A DNA stretch of 15,501 nt from Candidatus Phoenicimicrobium oleiphilum (GTDB taxonomy: Bacteria > Atribacterota > Phoenicimicrobiia > Phoenicimicrobiales > Phoenicimicrobiaceae): the NCBI GenBank assembly GCA_039638295.1, contig JBDIWJ010000039.1:1-15501 (forward strand). The letters are read 5' to 3'. Below are positions 7,083 through 15,501 of the stretch, in pieces. The translations under genes and the position numbers were made by a program. Below the pieces are notes generated by a model. It worked only from the letters and a program-made list of their open reading frames with translations. It ran no database searches and had not been told where the DNA came from. Each line of letters starts with the position of its first letter. Position 1 is the first letter of the stretch.

Positions 7083-8660
7083 TTACAGTTCTTTTTTTAC
7101 ATTCGAATTACCATTATATTCTTTCTGTAAAGCAATTAGATTTAACATTTTCTCAGTTGCTTCTATGGCAGCTAATACCTGATCAGGATTAATTCCTTTG
7201 GTAATAAATATTTTTTTGTTTGCCATCTCCCAAGTAATAACACATTGTACCAAAGCATCTGTCTTCCCTCCTGGAGGTATGCTAACAGTATAATCTAAAA
7301 GACTTGGTAGGGGATAATCTATTTTTTTGGCAATCTTCCTAATAGTATTCATAAAGGCATCGTATCCTCCATCCCCTTGAGCAATTTCCTCTAATTCCAA
7401 CTTTTTATTTTGTTCACCCTTTCGGTAAAGCAATTTAATTATAGCAGTAGATTTCAATTCTGTACTGGTAATTATATTACATGATTTTAGTTCAAAATAT
7501 TTTTTTTGTGGTGTTTCTAGAACATCTGAAATAATATAAGGTAAATCTCCTGCTGAAATAATTTCTTTTCTATCAGCAAGTTCAATAATCCTTTCTAGAA
7601 CAAGTTTCTTTTGCTTCTTGTTTAGCTTAATCCCAATTTCTTCTAAGTTATATTCTAAATTAGATTTTCCACTTAATTTACCTAAAGAATATTGTCTTTT
7701 ACGCCTAAATCGATCAGGTGATAGTTTACTATTGTAAAGATTCCCCTTTCTATCACCATCTGCATGAATCCCTGCTGTTTGAGTGAAGACATTAGAACCA
7801 CATATAGGTTTATTAAAAGCTATTCGATAACCAGTAAAGGATTCAACTGTTTTGCTAGCATAAACTAATTGTTTTTCTTTTATTCCTGTTTTTATTTTTA
7901 AAAAATCATGAAGCCCCACAATTACCTCATCCAAAGAAGAGTTACCGGCTCGTTCTCCCATTCCATTAACTGTACAATGTATTCCTTTTACCCCCGCTTC
8001 TACTGCCGCTAAAGTATTTGCAGTAGCTAAGCCGTAATCATTGTGAGCGTGAAAATCAAAATGAAGTCTAGGATATACTGATATTATTTCTTTAATAAAT
8101 TGAAAAACTTGAGACGGATAAAGAATTCCGAGCGTATCCGGCAACATGAATCGTTTTATTTGTTCATTTTTAAGATTATCTAATAGATAATAAAAATAAT
8201 CTTTAGAATAAAGCATCCCATTTGACCAATCTTCAAAATAAATATTACAGGTAATCCCTTTTTGATTAGCATACTTAACGGTCTTCTTTATGTCCTGAAG
8301 ATGTTGTTCTTTAGTTTTTCTCAACTGTTTAGTTAAGTGATTAATCGAGCCTTTGGCAAGAATATTTATTACTTTCCCACCCAAATTGTAAATCCAATCG
8401 ACCGATTCAGTCTTATCTACAAAGCCTAAAACCTCTATTCTTCCAGCACAGTTAGCCTTTTCAGCCCACTCAAGTATCTTAGCTACTGAATGTTCTTCAC
8501 CTTTACTTACTTTAGTACTAGCAATTTCAATCCGATCTACTTTTACATCTCCTAATAAAATTTGGGCAAGAGCTAATTTTTCTGAAGGGGAATAACTTAC
8601 CCCCTTCATCTGCTCTCCATCCCTTAGAGTAGTATCCATTATTTCTATTCTTTTAGTCAC
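7083..8660 (-). CDS. cimA: (R)-citramalate synthase, Leptospira/Bacteroidota type (DRE-TIM plus regulatory domain)
   Basis: [68 protein letters not shown] canonical leuA is present separately. GTG start. Confidence 0.8.
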   Translation of the reverse strand: MTKRIEIMDTTLRDGEQMKGVSYSPSEKLALAQILLGDVKVDRIEIASTKVSKGEEHSVAKILEWAEKANCAGRIEVLGFVDKTESVDWIYNLGGKVINILAKGSINHLTKQLRKTKEQHLQDIKKTVKYANQKGITCNIYFEDWSNGMLYSKDYFYYLLDNLKNEQIKRFMLPDTLGILYPSQVFQFIKEIISVYPRLHFDFHAHNDYGLATANTLAAVEAGVKGIHCTVNGMGERAGNSSLDEVIVGLHDFLKIKTGIKEKQLVYASKTVESFTGYRIAFNKPICGSNVFTQTAGIHADGDRKGNLYNSKLSPDRFRRKRQYSLGKLSGKSNLEYNLEEIGIKLNKKQKKLVLERIIELADRKEIISAGDLPYIISDVLETPQKKYFELKSCNIITSTELKSTAIIKLLYRKGEQNKKLELEEIAQGDGGYDAFMNTIRKIAKKIDYPLPSLLDYTVSIPPGGKTDALVQCVITWEMANKKIFITKGINPDQVLAAIEATEKMLNLIALQKEYNGNSNVKKEL

Positions 8661-8783
8661 TTTTTAAATCACACCCTTTATTTATTCGTTAGTTTTAAAT
8701 ACAAAATACTAAAGTAGTTTTTAGGTAAAAATCGGTTTTAAGTCTACAGTTTATGTTATTTTACGTTATTGCCACGAATCTAG

Positions 8784-8840
8784 TATAGGAATAGAATTTA
8801 TTCGATCCAAAACGGGTTCGATAAATCGAACCCCTACATT
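8784..8840. repeat. REPIN-like doublet: two inverted REP-like palindromes
   Basis: A degenerate unit TATAGGAATAGAATTTATTCGATCC (8784-8808) faces a perfect unit GGGTTCGAT-AA-ATCGAACCC-CTAC (8814-8837), which has the same architecture as 5715-5738. Confidence 0.7.
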
Positions 8841-8887
8841 AATTCAGCGATAAGTTTCCTCTGTTTTTGCTTAACCTATCCCCTATT

Positions 8888-8915
8888 AACGACTAACGAC
8901 TATTCACTATCGACT
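8888..8915 (+). repeat. Heptamer tandem array (AACGACT AACGACT ATTCACT ATCGACT) just downstream of the leuA stop
   Basis: Four exact-period 7-nt units; inverted partner at 3294-3321. Confidence 0.85.
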
Positions 8916-8926
8916 ATGCTAACCAA

Positions 8927-10465
8927 CTAACAATGAGCAGTTGAAACTGAATTACTAACCATTCTATTTATAGCATTAAGATAAGCCTGGATGCTTGCCT
9001 CTAAAGTATCAGTACTTGTACTCCTACCTGTAAAGACATTCCCTTTTTCGTCCTTTATCTTCACAATAGCCTCTCCCTGGGCATCCTTTCCTCTGGTTAA
9101 AGCCTGCACATTGTAATCTATCAATTTTAATTTCAATTTAGTAATTCGATCTATTGCCCTAAACGATGCATCTACCGGACCATCTCCACAGGCTGCATCT
9201 TCTAAATGTTGTTTATTTTGATATAATAATCTAATTGTGGCGGTTGGCAAAGTTCTATTGCCAGTATTAACATGAAAATACTCTAATTTAAAGACCTCAG
9301 GAATTTGACCCATTACCTCTTCGGAAACAATAGCTTCCAAATCTTCAATAAAAATTTCCTTCTTTTTATCCGCTACTATTTTAAATCTTTCAAACACTTC
9401 ATTTAATTTCTCTTTGTCTAAATCATAGCCCATTTCTTCCAATCTATTTTTAAGGGCATTCCTTCCTGAGTGTTTTCCCAGGACTAAACTACTTTTCTCC
9501 AGACCTATTGACTGAGGAGTCATAATTTCATAAGTAGTGCGTTCTTTTAAAATCCCATCCTGGTGAATTCCTGCTTCATGGGCAAAGGCATTCTTCCCCA
9601 CTATTGCTTTATTAGGCTGAACTGTAAACCCAGTTAATTTGCTCACTAATCTACTAATAGGATATATCTGAGTAGTATTGATTTGGGTAACCTTTTGATA
9701 GACATCATTTCTGGTCTTTAAAGCCATCACAATTTCTTCTAAAGAAGCATTACCTGCCCTCTCTCCAATCCCATTTATAGTGCACTCTACCTGAGTAGCC
9801 CCATTTTTTATAGCCTCTAAAGAATTAGCCACTGCCAACCCTAAATCATTATGGCAATGCACGCTAATAATTGCTTTTTCAATATTAGGAACATTTCCTT
9901 TAATATCTTTTATCAGTCTACCAAATTCTTCCGGTTGGGCATATCCCACTGTATCAGGTATATTTATTATAGTAGCACCAACTTTGATTACTTCTTCAAA
10001 AATTCTGTACAAAAATTCTTTTTCACTCCTGCTTGCATCTTCTGCTGAGAACTCAACTTCTGGACAAAGTTTGCTAGCATATTTAACTGCTTCCACTGCT
10101 TGCTCTAAAACTTGTTCTGGAGTAAGTTGTAGTTTACTTTTCATATGAATGGGAGAAGTCGCTATAAAGGTATGGATTCGTGGTCTCTCAGAATATTTTA
10201 CCGCCTCCCAGGCTTGTTCAATATCTTTTTTCACCGCACGAGCTAAACCTGCAATCGTACATCCTCTAATGGTTTGAGCTATTAATTTTACTCCTTCAAA
10301 GTCACCAGGGGAAGCAATGGGAAATCCAGCTTCGATCACATCTACATTAAGTTTTTCTAAATGTTTAGCTACTTCTAACTTTTCATAGGTATTAAGAGAT
10401 GCCCCAGGACATTGTTCCCCATCTCGAAGAGTGGTATCAAAAATTATTATTCTATCTTCCATCAT
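8927..10465 (-). CDS. leuA: 2-isopropylmalate synthase
   Basis: [85 protein letters not shown]-terminal regulatory domain with GDGPVDA. Confidence 0.96.
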   Translation of the reverse strand: MMEDRIIIFDTTLRDGEQCPGASLNTYEKLEVAKHLEKLNVDVIEAGFPIASPGDFEGVKLIAQTIRGCTIAGLARAVKKDIEQAWEAVKYSERPRIHTFIATSPIHMKSKLQLTPEQVLEQAVEAVKYASKLCPEVEFSAEDASRSEKEFLYRIFEEVIKVGATIINIPDTVGYAQPEEFGRLIKDIKGNVPNIEKAIISVHCHNDLGLAVANSLEAIKNGATQVECTINGIGERAGNASLEEIVMALKTRNDVYQKVTQINTTQIYPISRLVSKLTGFTVQPNKAIVGKNAFAHEAGIHQDGILKERTTYEIMTPQSIGLEKSSLVLGKHSGRNALKNRLEEMGYDLDKEKLNEVFERFKIVADKKKEIFIEDLEAIVSEEVMGQIPEVFKLEYFHVNTGNRTLPTATIRLLYQNKQHLEDAACGDGPVDASFRAIDRITKLKLKLIDYNVQALTRGKDAQGEAIVKIKDEKGNVFTGRSTSTDTLEASIQAYLNAINRMVSNSVSTAHC

Positions 10466-10587
10466 TCTCTCTCCTTCTTTTTAATAAATTTAATTTTTTA
10501 CTAATCTTTTCTAATTTTCTAAGAAGAAGTCTAAAGAAAAAGTGACTAATTACCCAAAGTTTTTTCATAATCCTTCTTTTAAATATT

Positions 10588-11415
10588 TTATTCCATTTCA
10601 GAATAGTAGGTCCCAATTACTTTAACAAAGGTAGTATGTTTCTTTAATTGCTCTAAAGTTTCCTGAGCGCTCTGTTCAAATAAACCTTTTTCAAAATCTG
10701 TATAAAAAATATATTCCCAGGGTTTCTGTTTACTGGGTCGTGATTCTAATCGAGTTAAGTTAATATCTCGTAGTGCAAACTCTTTAAGACATTTATAAAG
10801 TGCCCCTGGTCTACTTACTACTGCAAAAATAATAGAAGTCTTATTACACTTAGGATCAGTAGATACTTCAGGAGATAACACTAAAAAACGAGTATAGTTA
10901 TGTTTATTATCCTGTATCCCCTTTTTTATTATTTTTAAGACATAAAGTTCTGCTGCCCAATTACTAGCAATAGCAGCAACATTACTTTCCTTTAAACCTT
11001 TAATCATTTTTACACTTCCAGCTGTATCATATACCGGGATTATCTGACAATGGGGTAAATTTTTTGATAAAAAACCTTCACATTGAGCCAGGGCCTGGGG
11101 ATGAGAATACACTTTCTCAATTAATTTAAAATCAATCTCATCTTTGGTTATTAAACAATGCTCGACCTTTAACTTTACTTCTCCCACAGCAAATAATTTC
11201 TCGTGTAATAGAAGGTCATGCGCTTCATTTATCCCACCGGTCTGAGAATTTTCTATTGGTAAAATACCGTAATCAGCCTCTTTGTTATTTACCTTCCAGA
11301 ATATTTCCCCAAAAGTCTTGCAAAGTACAGGTTTAATAAAAGGTCCAAAATATTTAATCGCCGCAATCTCACTAAAAGCTCCTCTTTCTCCCTGAAATGC
11401 AACTCTATTTTTCAA
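10588..11415 (-). CDS. pheA: Monofunctional prephenate dehydratase (PDT + ACT)
   Basis: VAFQGERGAFSE, LPIENS, YSHPQALAQC, NYTRF, NLTRLESRP, WEYIFY; TTG start; no chorismate mutase domain. Confidence 0.93.
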   Translation of the reverse strand: MKNRVAFQGERGAFSEIAAIKYFGPFIKPVLCKTFGEIFWKVNNKEADYGILPIENSQTGGINEAHDLLLHEKLFAVGEVKLKVEHCLITKDEIDFKLIEKVYSHPQALAQCEGFLSKNLPHCQIIPVYDTAGSVKMIKGLKESNVAAIASNWAAELYVLKIIKKGIQDNKHNYTRFLVLSPEVSTDPKCNKTSIIFAVVSRPGALYKCLKEFALRDINLTRLESRPSKQKPWEYIFYTDFEKGLFEQSAQETLEQLKKHTTFVKVIGTYYSEME

Positions 11416-11482
11416 TTTCCTTACCTCGTTTGTTAATTTATCAATCGGCCAATTGCCAATCCACCAATTAAATTAGTAGTCA

Positions 11483-11701
11483 GCATATCGTATTGCGTAA
11501 ATAGTCACCCAGTTGCCCTGTTTGCCAGTTAACCAGTTAATTCTAATAATTAATTTTAAATACAAATTCTAAATTTAAATTATGAGAGTTAATAACTGAT
11601 ACATTTAACCAAAATATTTTTAATTCTTAAACCGGGCAACCGATAAACTGGCTAGCTGGCTAGCCATCTTAACGCAATACTCGATACTCAATACGCAATA
11701 C
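11483..11701. repeat. Nested inverted arrays of 7-nt and 8-nt periodic repeats around an AT-rich core
   Basis: GCAATAC TCGATAC TCAATAC GCAATAC (11674-11701) opposes GTATTGCGT (11490-11498). 8-mers CCCAGTTG CCCTGTTT GCCAGTTA ACCAGTTA (11508-11539) oppose AAACCGGG CAACCGAT AAACTGGC TAGCTGGC (11629-11660). Confidence 0.7.
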
Positions 11702-12696
11702 TATTCTTCTATCCAGGGCATCATACTGCGTAACTCTTTTCCTACTTTTTCAATTAAATAATTTGCCTCTTTGTTCCGCATTGCCCTATAATAAGGCCTT
11801 CCTGCTTGATTCTCCAGAATCCAATCTTTAGCAAATTCTCCATTCTGTATTTCTGTTAATACTTTCTTCATTTCTTTACGGGTTTCTTCATTGATTATTC
11901 TTTTTCCCACCTTTAAATCCCCGTATTCGGCAGTATTACTAACATTATCGCGCATATAAGTAATTCCACCCTTATAGATTAAATCAACTATTAATTTTAA
12001 TTCATTAAGACATTCAAAATAGGCAATTTCTGGTTGATACCCTGCTTCTACTAAGATATCAAAACCTGCCTGGATTAAAGCAGTAACGCCACCACAAAGT
12101 ACTGTTTGTTCACCAAATAGATCAGTTTCAGTCTCTTCTTTGAATGTGGTTTCAATGGTCCCTGCCCTGGTTCCTCCAATGGCTTGCGAATAGGCTAAAC
12201 CAATCTCTTTCGCCTTACCTGAGTAATCCTGATATATGGCTATTAAATTAGGGACACCTTTACCTTGAAGATACATCTCTCTTACCAGACGACCGGGGCT
12301 CTTGGGAGCCACCATAATTACATCCACATTCTGAGGAGGAACTATCTGACCAAAATGGATATTAAACCCATGAGAAAACATTAAGACATTGCCTTCTTTT
12401 AAATTCTCTTCAATTCCTTTTTGGCAATAGACCTTAGCTTGAACTTCATCTGGAATCAATATTTGAACAATATCACCAACCTTAGCCGCTTCAGAAATGC
12501 TCATTACCTTTAATCCATCTTTTTCTACCAAATTAAATGATTTACTCCCTTCACGCAGACCTACTACTACTTTTATTCCGCTATTATGCAAGTTAAGAGC
12601 TTGTGCTCTTCCTTGACTTCCATAGCCAATAACTGCCACAGTCTTTCCTTCTAAGTATTCTTTCTTTACATCCTGGTCATAATAAATCTTTGCCAT
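11701..12696 (-). CDS. ilvC: Ketol-acid reductoisomerase (class I)
   Basis: [71 protein letters not shown]. Confidence 0.97.
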   Translation of the reverse strand: MAKIYYDQDVKKEYLEGKTVAVIGYGSQGRAQALNLHNSGIKVVVGLREGSKSFNLVEKDGLKVMSISEAAKVGDIVQILIPDEVQAKVYCQKGIEENLKEGNVLMFSHGFNIHFGQIVPPQNVDVIMVAPKSPGRLVREMYLQGKGVPNLIAIYQDYSGKAKEIGLAYSQAIGGTRAGTIETTFKEETETDLFGEQTVLCGGVTALIQAGFDILVEAGYQPEIAYFECLNELKLIVDLIYKGGITYMRDNVSNTAEYGDLKVGKRIINEETRKEMKKVLTEIQNGEFAKDWILENQAGRPYYRAMRNKEANYLIEKVGKELRSMMPWIEE

Positions 12697-12802
12697 CTTT
12701 CTAATCCTCCTTTTTATTTTGGCATTATTTTGTTAAAACTTAAAAATTATTATGGAATCATACTCTTAATTATACTATTCTTTATATTTTAATAAAAAAT
12801 TT

Positions 12803-13315
12803 CTATTCATCTTGTTTCTTCGAAGTAGATATGTCTCTACTCCCTCTGGAAAGAGCAATTTTCCCAGTCCGAACCACCTCTTTTAAACCGAAAGGCCTTA
12901 ACAATTCTATTAGAGCATTCACTTTATCCTCTGTACCGGTAGTTTCAATAGTCATAATTTGATTGTTTACATCGATTATCTTAGCTCTAAAGATGTCTAC
13001 CATTTGTATTATCTCTGAACGAATGGGTAAAGAATTAGTATTTACCTTAATTAAAGCCAATTCCCTTTCAACTGAATTTTGGAACTGAAGATCTCTAACT
13101 TTAATAACATCGATTAATTTATTAAGTTGCTTGGTTATCTGCTCCAAAACTCTTTCATCCCCTTCGACTACAATAGTCATTCTGGAAATACCGGTCTTCT
13201 CTGTATGCCCAACAGCAAGACTTTCAATATTAAAACCTCGTCGAGTAAATAAACTTGCTACTTTCGCCAGGATACCTGGATAGTCCTTTACCAATACCGC
13301 AATAGTATGTCTCAT
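12803..13315 (-). CDS. ilvN: Acetolactate synthase small (regulatory) subunit
   Basis: ACT domain PGILAKVASLFTRRGFNIESL, EQITKQLNKLIDVIKV, ERELALIKV, EVVRTG; starts 2 nt after the ilvB stop. Confidence 0.96.
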   Translation of the reverse strand: MRHTIAVLVKDYPGILAKVASLFTRRGFNIESLAVGHTEKTGISRMTIVVEGDERVLEQITKQLNKLIDVIKVRDLQFQNSVERELALIKVNTNSLPIRSEIIQMVDIFRAKIIDVNNQIMTIETTGTEDKVNALIELLRPFGLKEVVRTGKIALSRGSRDISTSKKQDE

Positions 13316-13317
13316 AA

Positions 13318-14997
13318 TTAATCAACTCCTAACATTTCAGATACAGATGAGCCAGGAGGCACCATAGGAAAGACATTCTCCTCCCCAGGAACAAGGCAAT
13401 CAATTAAAACAAATTTATTTAAAGAGAGAGCTTCGGTTAATGCAGGATACAGCTCTTGTTTCTTGCTTACCCTAATTGCGGTTCCCCCATAGGCCTCCAC
13501 TAATTTTACAAAATCTGGGTTACCAACCAAATTGGTCGCAGCATATCTCTTATCAAAAAATAATTCTTGCCACTGTCGTACCATCCCGAGATAACTATTA
13601 TTTATAATAATTACAATAATATTAAGATTATGGCCAATCGCGGTAGCTAACTCTTGCAGATTCATCTGAAAACTACCATCTCCCGAAATACAAACTACTT
13701 TTTTCTCAGGACAACCAATTTTTGCTCCAATAGCTGCCGGAAGACCATAACCCATTGTTCCTAACCCCGCTGAAGAGATAAAGGTGCGGGGTGTAGTATA
13801 TTGATAATACTGGGCAGCCCACATCTGATGTTGCCCTACATCAGTAACTATCACTGCCTTACCCTTGGTAATTTCATAAACCTTTTCTATAACAAATTGC
13901 GGTTTTAATTCTTCGTTATTATCATATTTCAGGGGATACTTTCTTTTCCAATCTTCTATTGTTTCTAACCATTCCATATTTTCTTTTTTATCAACAACCT
14001 CATTTAACCTTTTTAACACTTTTTTAAGATCTCCTACAATGGGGATATCAGCCGAGACATTCTTCCCGATTTCAGCCGGGTCAATATCTATATGAATCAC
14101 TTTAGCCTGTGAACCAAAATCAGCTAATTTTCCAGTAATCCTATCATCAAACCTTGCTCCTAAAGCGATAATCAGATCCGCAACACTGATAGCATAATTT
14201 GCATAAGGTGTACCATGCATACCCAACATTCCTAAAGAAAGGGGATGGGTTTCCGGAAAAGAACCTAATCCCATTAAAGTAGTAGTAACTGGGATATTAG
14301 TCTTAAGAGCTAAATCTCTCAACTCAGAAGAGGCATCAGAAATAATTACTCCTCCCCCTGCAAGGATAATCGGTCTCTTTGCCTCAGCTATGTTTTGCGC
14401 CGCCACCTTGATCTGTTTGATATGTCCATTATAGGTAGGGTTGTAACCTATAACATTAACTTTCTTAGGATACTCAAAATTGGTCTGAGCTAATTGAATA
14501 TCTTTGGGTAAATCTACTAAGACTGGTCCCGGTCTACCTGTTTTAGCAATATAAAAAGCCTGTTTTATAATATCAGCTAAGTCTTCTACCTTTCTTACTA
14601 CATAATTGTTTTTGGTAATGGAAGAGGTAATTCCACTGCTATATACTTCTTGGAAGGCATCTGTTCCGATTAAGTGAGTAGGAACTTGTCCAGTAAAGGC
14701 AACCAAAGGAACAGAATCAAGATAAGCATTAGCCAAACCAGTTACCAGATTAGTAGCTCCCGGTCCAGAGGTAGCAATACACACTCCCACTCTCCCAGTA
14801 GCCCGAGCATATCCATCAGCAGCATGAGCTGCTCCTTGCTCATGTCTGGTTAGAATATGTCTGATAGAAGGTTCACTATAAAGAACATCATATACAGGCA
14901 TTATAGCCCCACCGGGATAGCCAAAAATTATCTTTACTCCCTCTTTTTTAAGACATTCAATCACAATTTTTGCTCCACTCAACTTCATTTTATTCAT
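13318..14997 (-). CDS. ilvB: Acetolactate synthase large subunit, biosynthetic type
   Basis: FGYPGGAIMP, RHEQGAAHAADGYAR, TSGPGATN, GTDAFQE, RFDDR, DVGQHQMW, ThDP motif GDGSFQMN...NN, LGMVRQWQ. Confidence 0.97.
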   Translation of the reverse strand: MNKMKLSGAKIVIECLKKEGVKIIFGYPGGAIMPVYDVLYSEPSIRHILTRHEQGAAHAADGYARATGRVGVCIATSGPGATNLVTGLANAYLDSVPLVAFTGQVPTHLIGTDAFQEVYSSGITSSITKNNYVVRKVEDLADIIKQAFYIAKTGRPGPVLVDLPKDIQLAQTNFEYPKKVNVIGYNPTYNGHIKQIKVAAQNIAEAKRPIILAGGGVIISDASSELRDLALKTNIPVTTTLMGLGSFPETHPLSLGMLGMHGTPYANYAISVADLIIALGARFDDRITGKLADFGSQAKVIHIDIDPAEIGKNVSADIPIVGDLKKVLKRLNEVVDKKENMEWLETIEDWKRKYPLKYDNNEELKPQFVIEKVYEITKGKAVIVTDVGQHQMWAAQYYQYTTPRTFISSAGLGTMGYGLPAAIGAKIGCPEKKVVCISGDGSFQMNLQELATAIGHNLNIIVIIINNSYLGMVRQWQELFFDKRYAATNLVGNPDFVKLVEAYGGTAIRVSKKQELYPALTEALSLNKFVLIDCLVPGEENVFPMVPPGSSVSEMLGVD

Positions 14998-15060
14998 CTC
15001 CTTTCTTTTATAATTTAATAAATTGTCTATCCATTTTTCATATTCTATTTTACTTTTATA

Positions 15061-15135
15061 TATAAGAAGACCCCAACAAATAAATCCATCTTGTTAATTA
15101 AAACAAAAGGGACCTATCCGCTGGGGTCTTTTATA
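15061..15135 (-). terminator. Probable expression-platform hairpin of the ykkC-type riboswitch
   Basis: Minus-strand UAUAAAAGACCCCAG (15135-15121, inside the aptamer 3' stem) is complementary to downstream UUGGGGUCUUCUUAUA (15076-15061). The U-tract is imperfect. Confidence 0.55.
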
Positions 15136-15233
15136 CCCACGGTGTAACACCGATACTTCTAATATTGGTGTTTTATGCCACTTGGTCCAGACTCCAATCC
15201 TGATTAATTAGACGGAACCCTAGGCATACTCCC
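15109..15233 (-). ncRNA. ykkC-yxkD family riboswitch aptamer, probable subtype 2a (ppGpp-sensing)
   Basis: Minus strand GGGAGUAUGCCUAGGGUUCCG...CUGGACCAAGUGGCAUA...ACACCGUGGGUAUAAAAGACCCCAGCGGAUAGGUCCC carries the ykkC hallmarks (UAGGGUUCCG; ACACCG...AAAAG...GCGG). The 5' GGGA and 3' UCCC can close a P0 stem. It lies directly upstream of ilvB. Confidence 0.85.
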
Positions 15234-15296
15234 AAAAAAAACAAAAAACTTTCGTCTTTACCTTAGTCCATAAAGACTAAAATAGGGACGAAAGTT
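15234..15296 (-). terminator. Intrinsic terminator of the T-box leader
   Basis: Minus strand AACUUUCGUC (15296-15287) pairs with GACGAAAGUU (15256-15247) and is followed by UUUUGUUUUUUU; it overlaps the antiterminator 3' strand. Confidence 0.9.
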
Positions 15297-15501
15297 GTTC
15301 GTGGTACCACCCTACTTCGACAAAGATAATATTTACTTCTTATTATCCTTATCCTCGTTGGCTATAATAGATAACGCTTTTACAAACGTCACAAGTTACT
15401 CCATTAAAAGTTCACCTGTGCCTAAAATATTGAAGGCGAGATCTTCGACAAACTTATGCTGCCAATTCACACCACCCATTGGCTCTCTTTAGCAATTCAG
15501 T
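15234..15501 (-). promoter_or_regulatory. T-box riboswitch (transcriptional), probable Leu CUC specifier; 5' end truncated by the window
   Basis: Stem I AGAGA and GGUGUGAA motifs; specifier loop GAAGAU-CUC-G (CUC at 15440-15438); stem II with GAA/AGUA motif; CGUUAUC; stem III; T-box AAGUAGGGUGGUACCACG (15317-15300) pairing with UUCGUCCCUA to form the antiterminator. Confidence 0.95.

Noticed and set aside
9851..10048. 65-aa plus-strand ORF
   Set aside because: Antisense within leuA.
11440..11701. CRISPR array
   Set aside because: Units are 7-8 nt tandem repeats with no unique spacers and no cas genes.
15109..15233. Guanidine-I or PRPP reading of the ykkC motif
   Set aside because: The downstream gene is ilvB, not a guanidine efflux/carboxylase or purine gene, and a P0 stem plus tandem T-box fit the ppGpp subtype better; ligand not proven.
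15295..15492. 65-aa plus-strand ORF
   Set aside because: Antisense to the T-box leader, which fully explains the sequence.

Overview
An AT-rich bacterial window in which all credible genes lie on the minus strand and form one long mixed amino-acid biosynthesis cluster. In transcription order: a T-box leader (probable Leu CUC specifier) directly followed by a ykkC-type (probable ppGpp) riboswitch; ilvB-ilvN-ilvC; pheA; leuA; Leptospira-type cimA; an archaeal-type homocysteine module (DUF39 aspartate-semialdehyde sulfurtransferase without CBS domains, NIL-ferredoxin, UPF0280/ApbE-like protein); proC; a split cobalamin methionine-synthase-like module (corrinoid protein, pterin-binding methyltransferase, YitJ-like MetF, SAM reactivation domain, but no homocysteine-binding subunit in the window); and the start of leuC, which runs off the left edge. 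The intergenic spacers hold several miniature palindromic repeat types and 7/8-nt periodic arrays. Two of the heptamer arrays form a 26/28-identical inverted pair bracketing about 5.6 kb of genes. The content suggests a low-GC anaerobe (Firmicutes-like or Atribacterota-like); this is inference only. All family assignments come from motif recognition by eye, not database searches.
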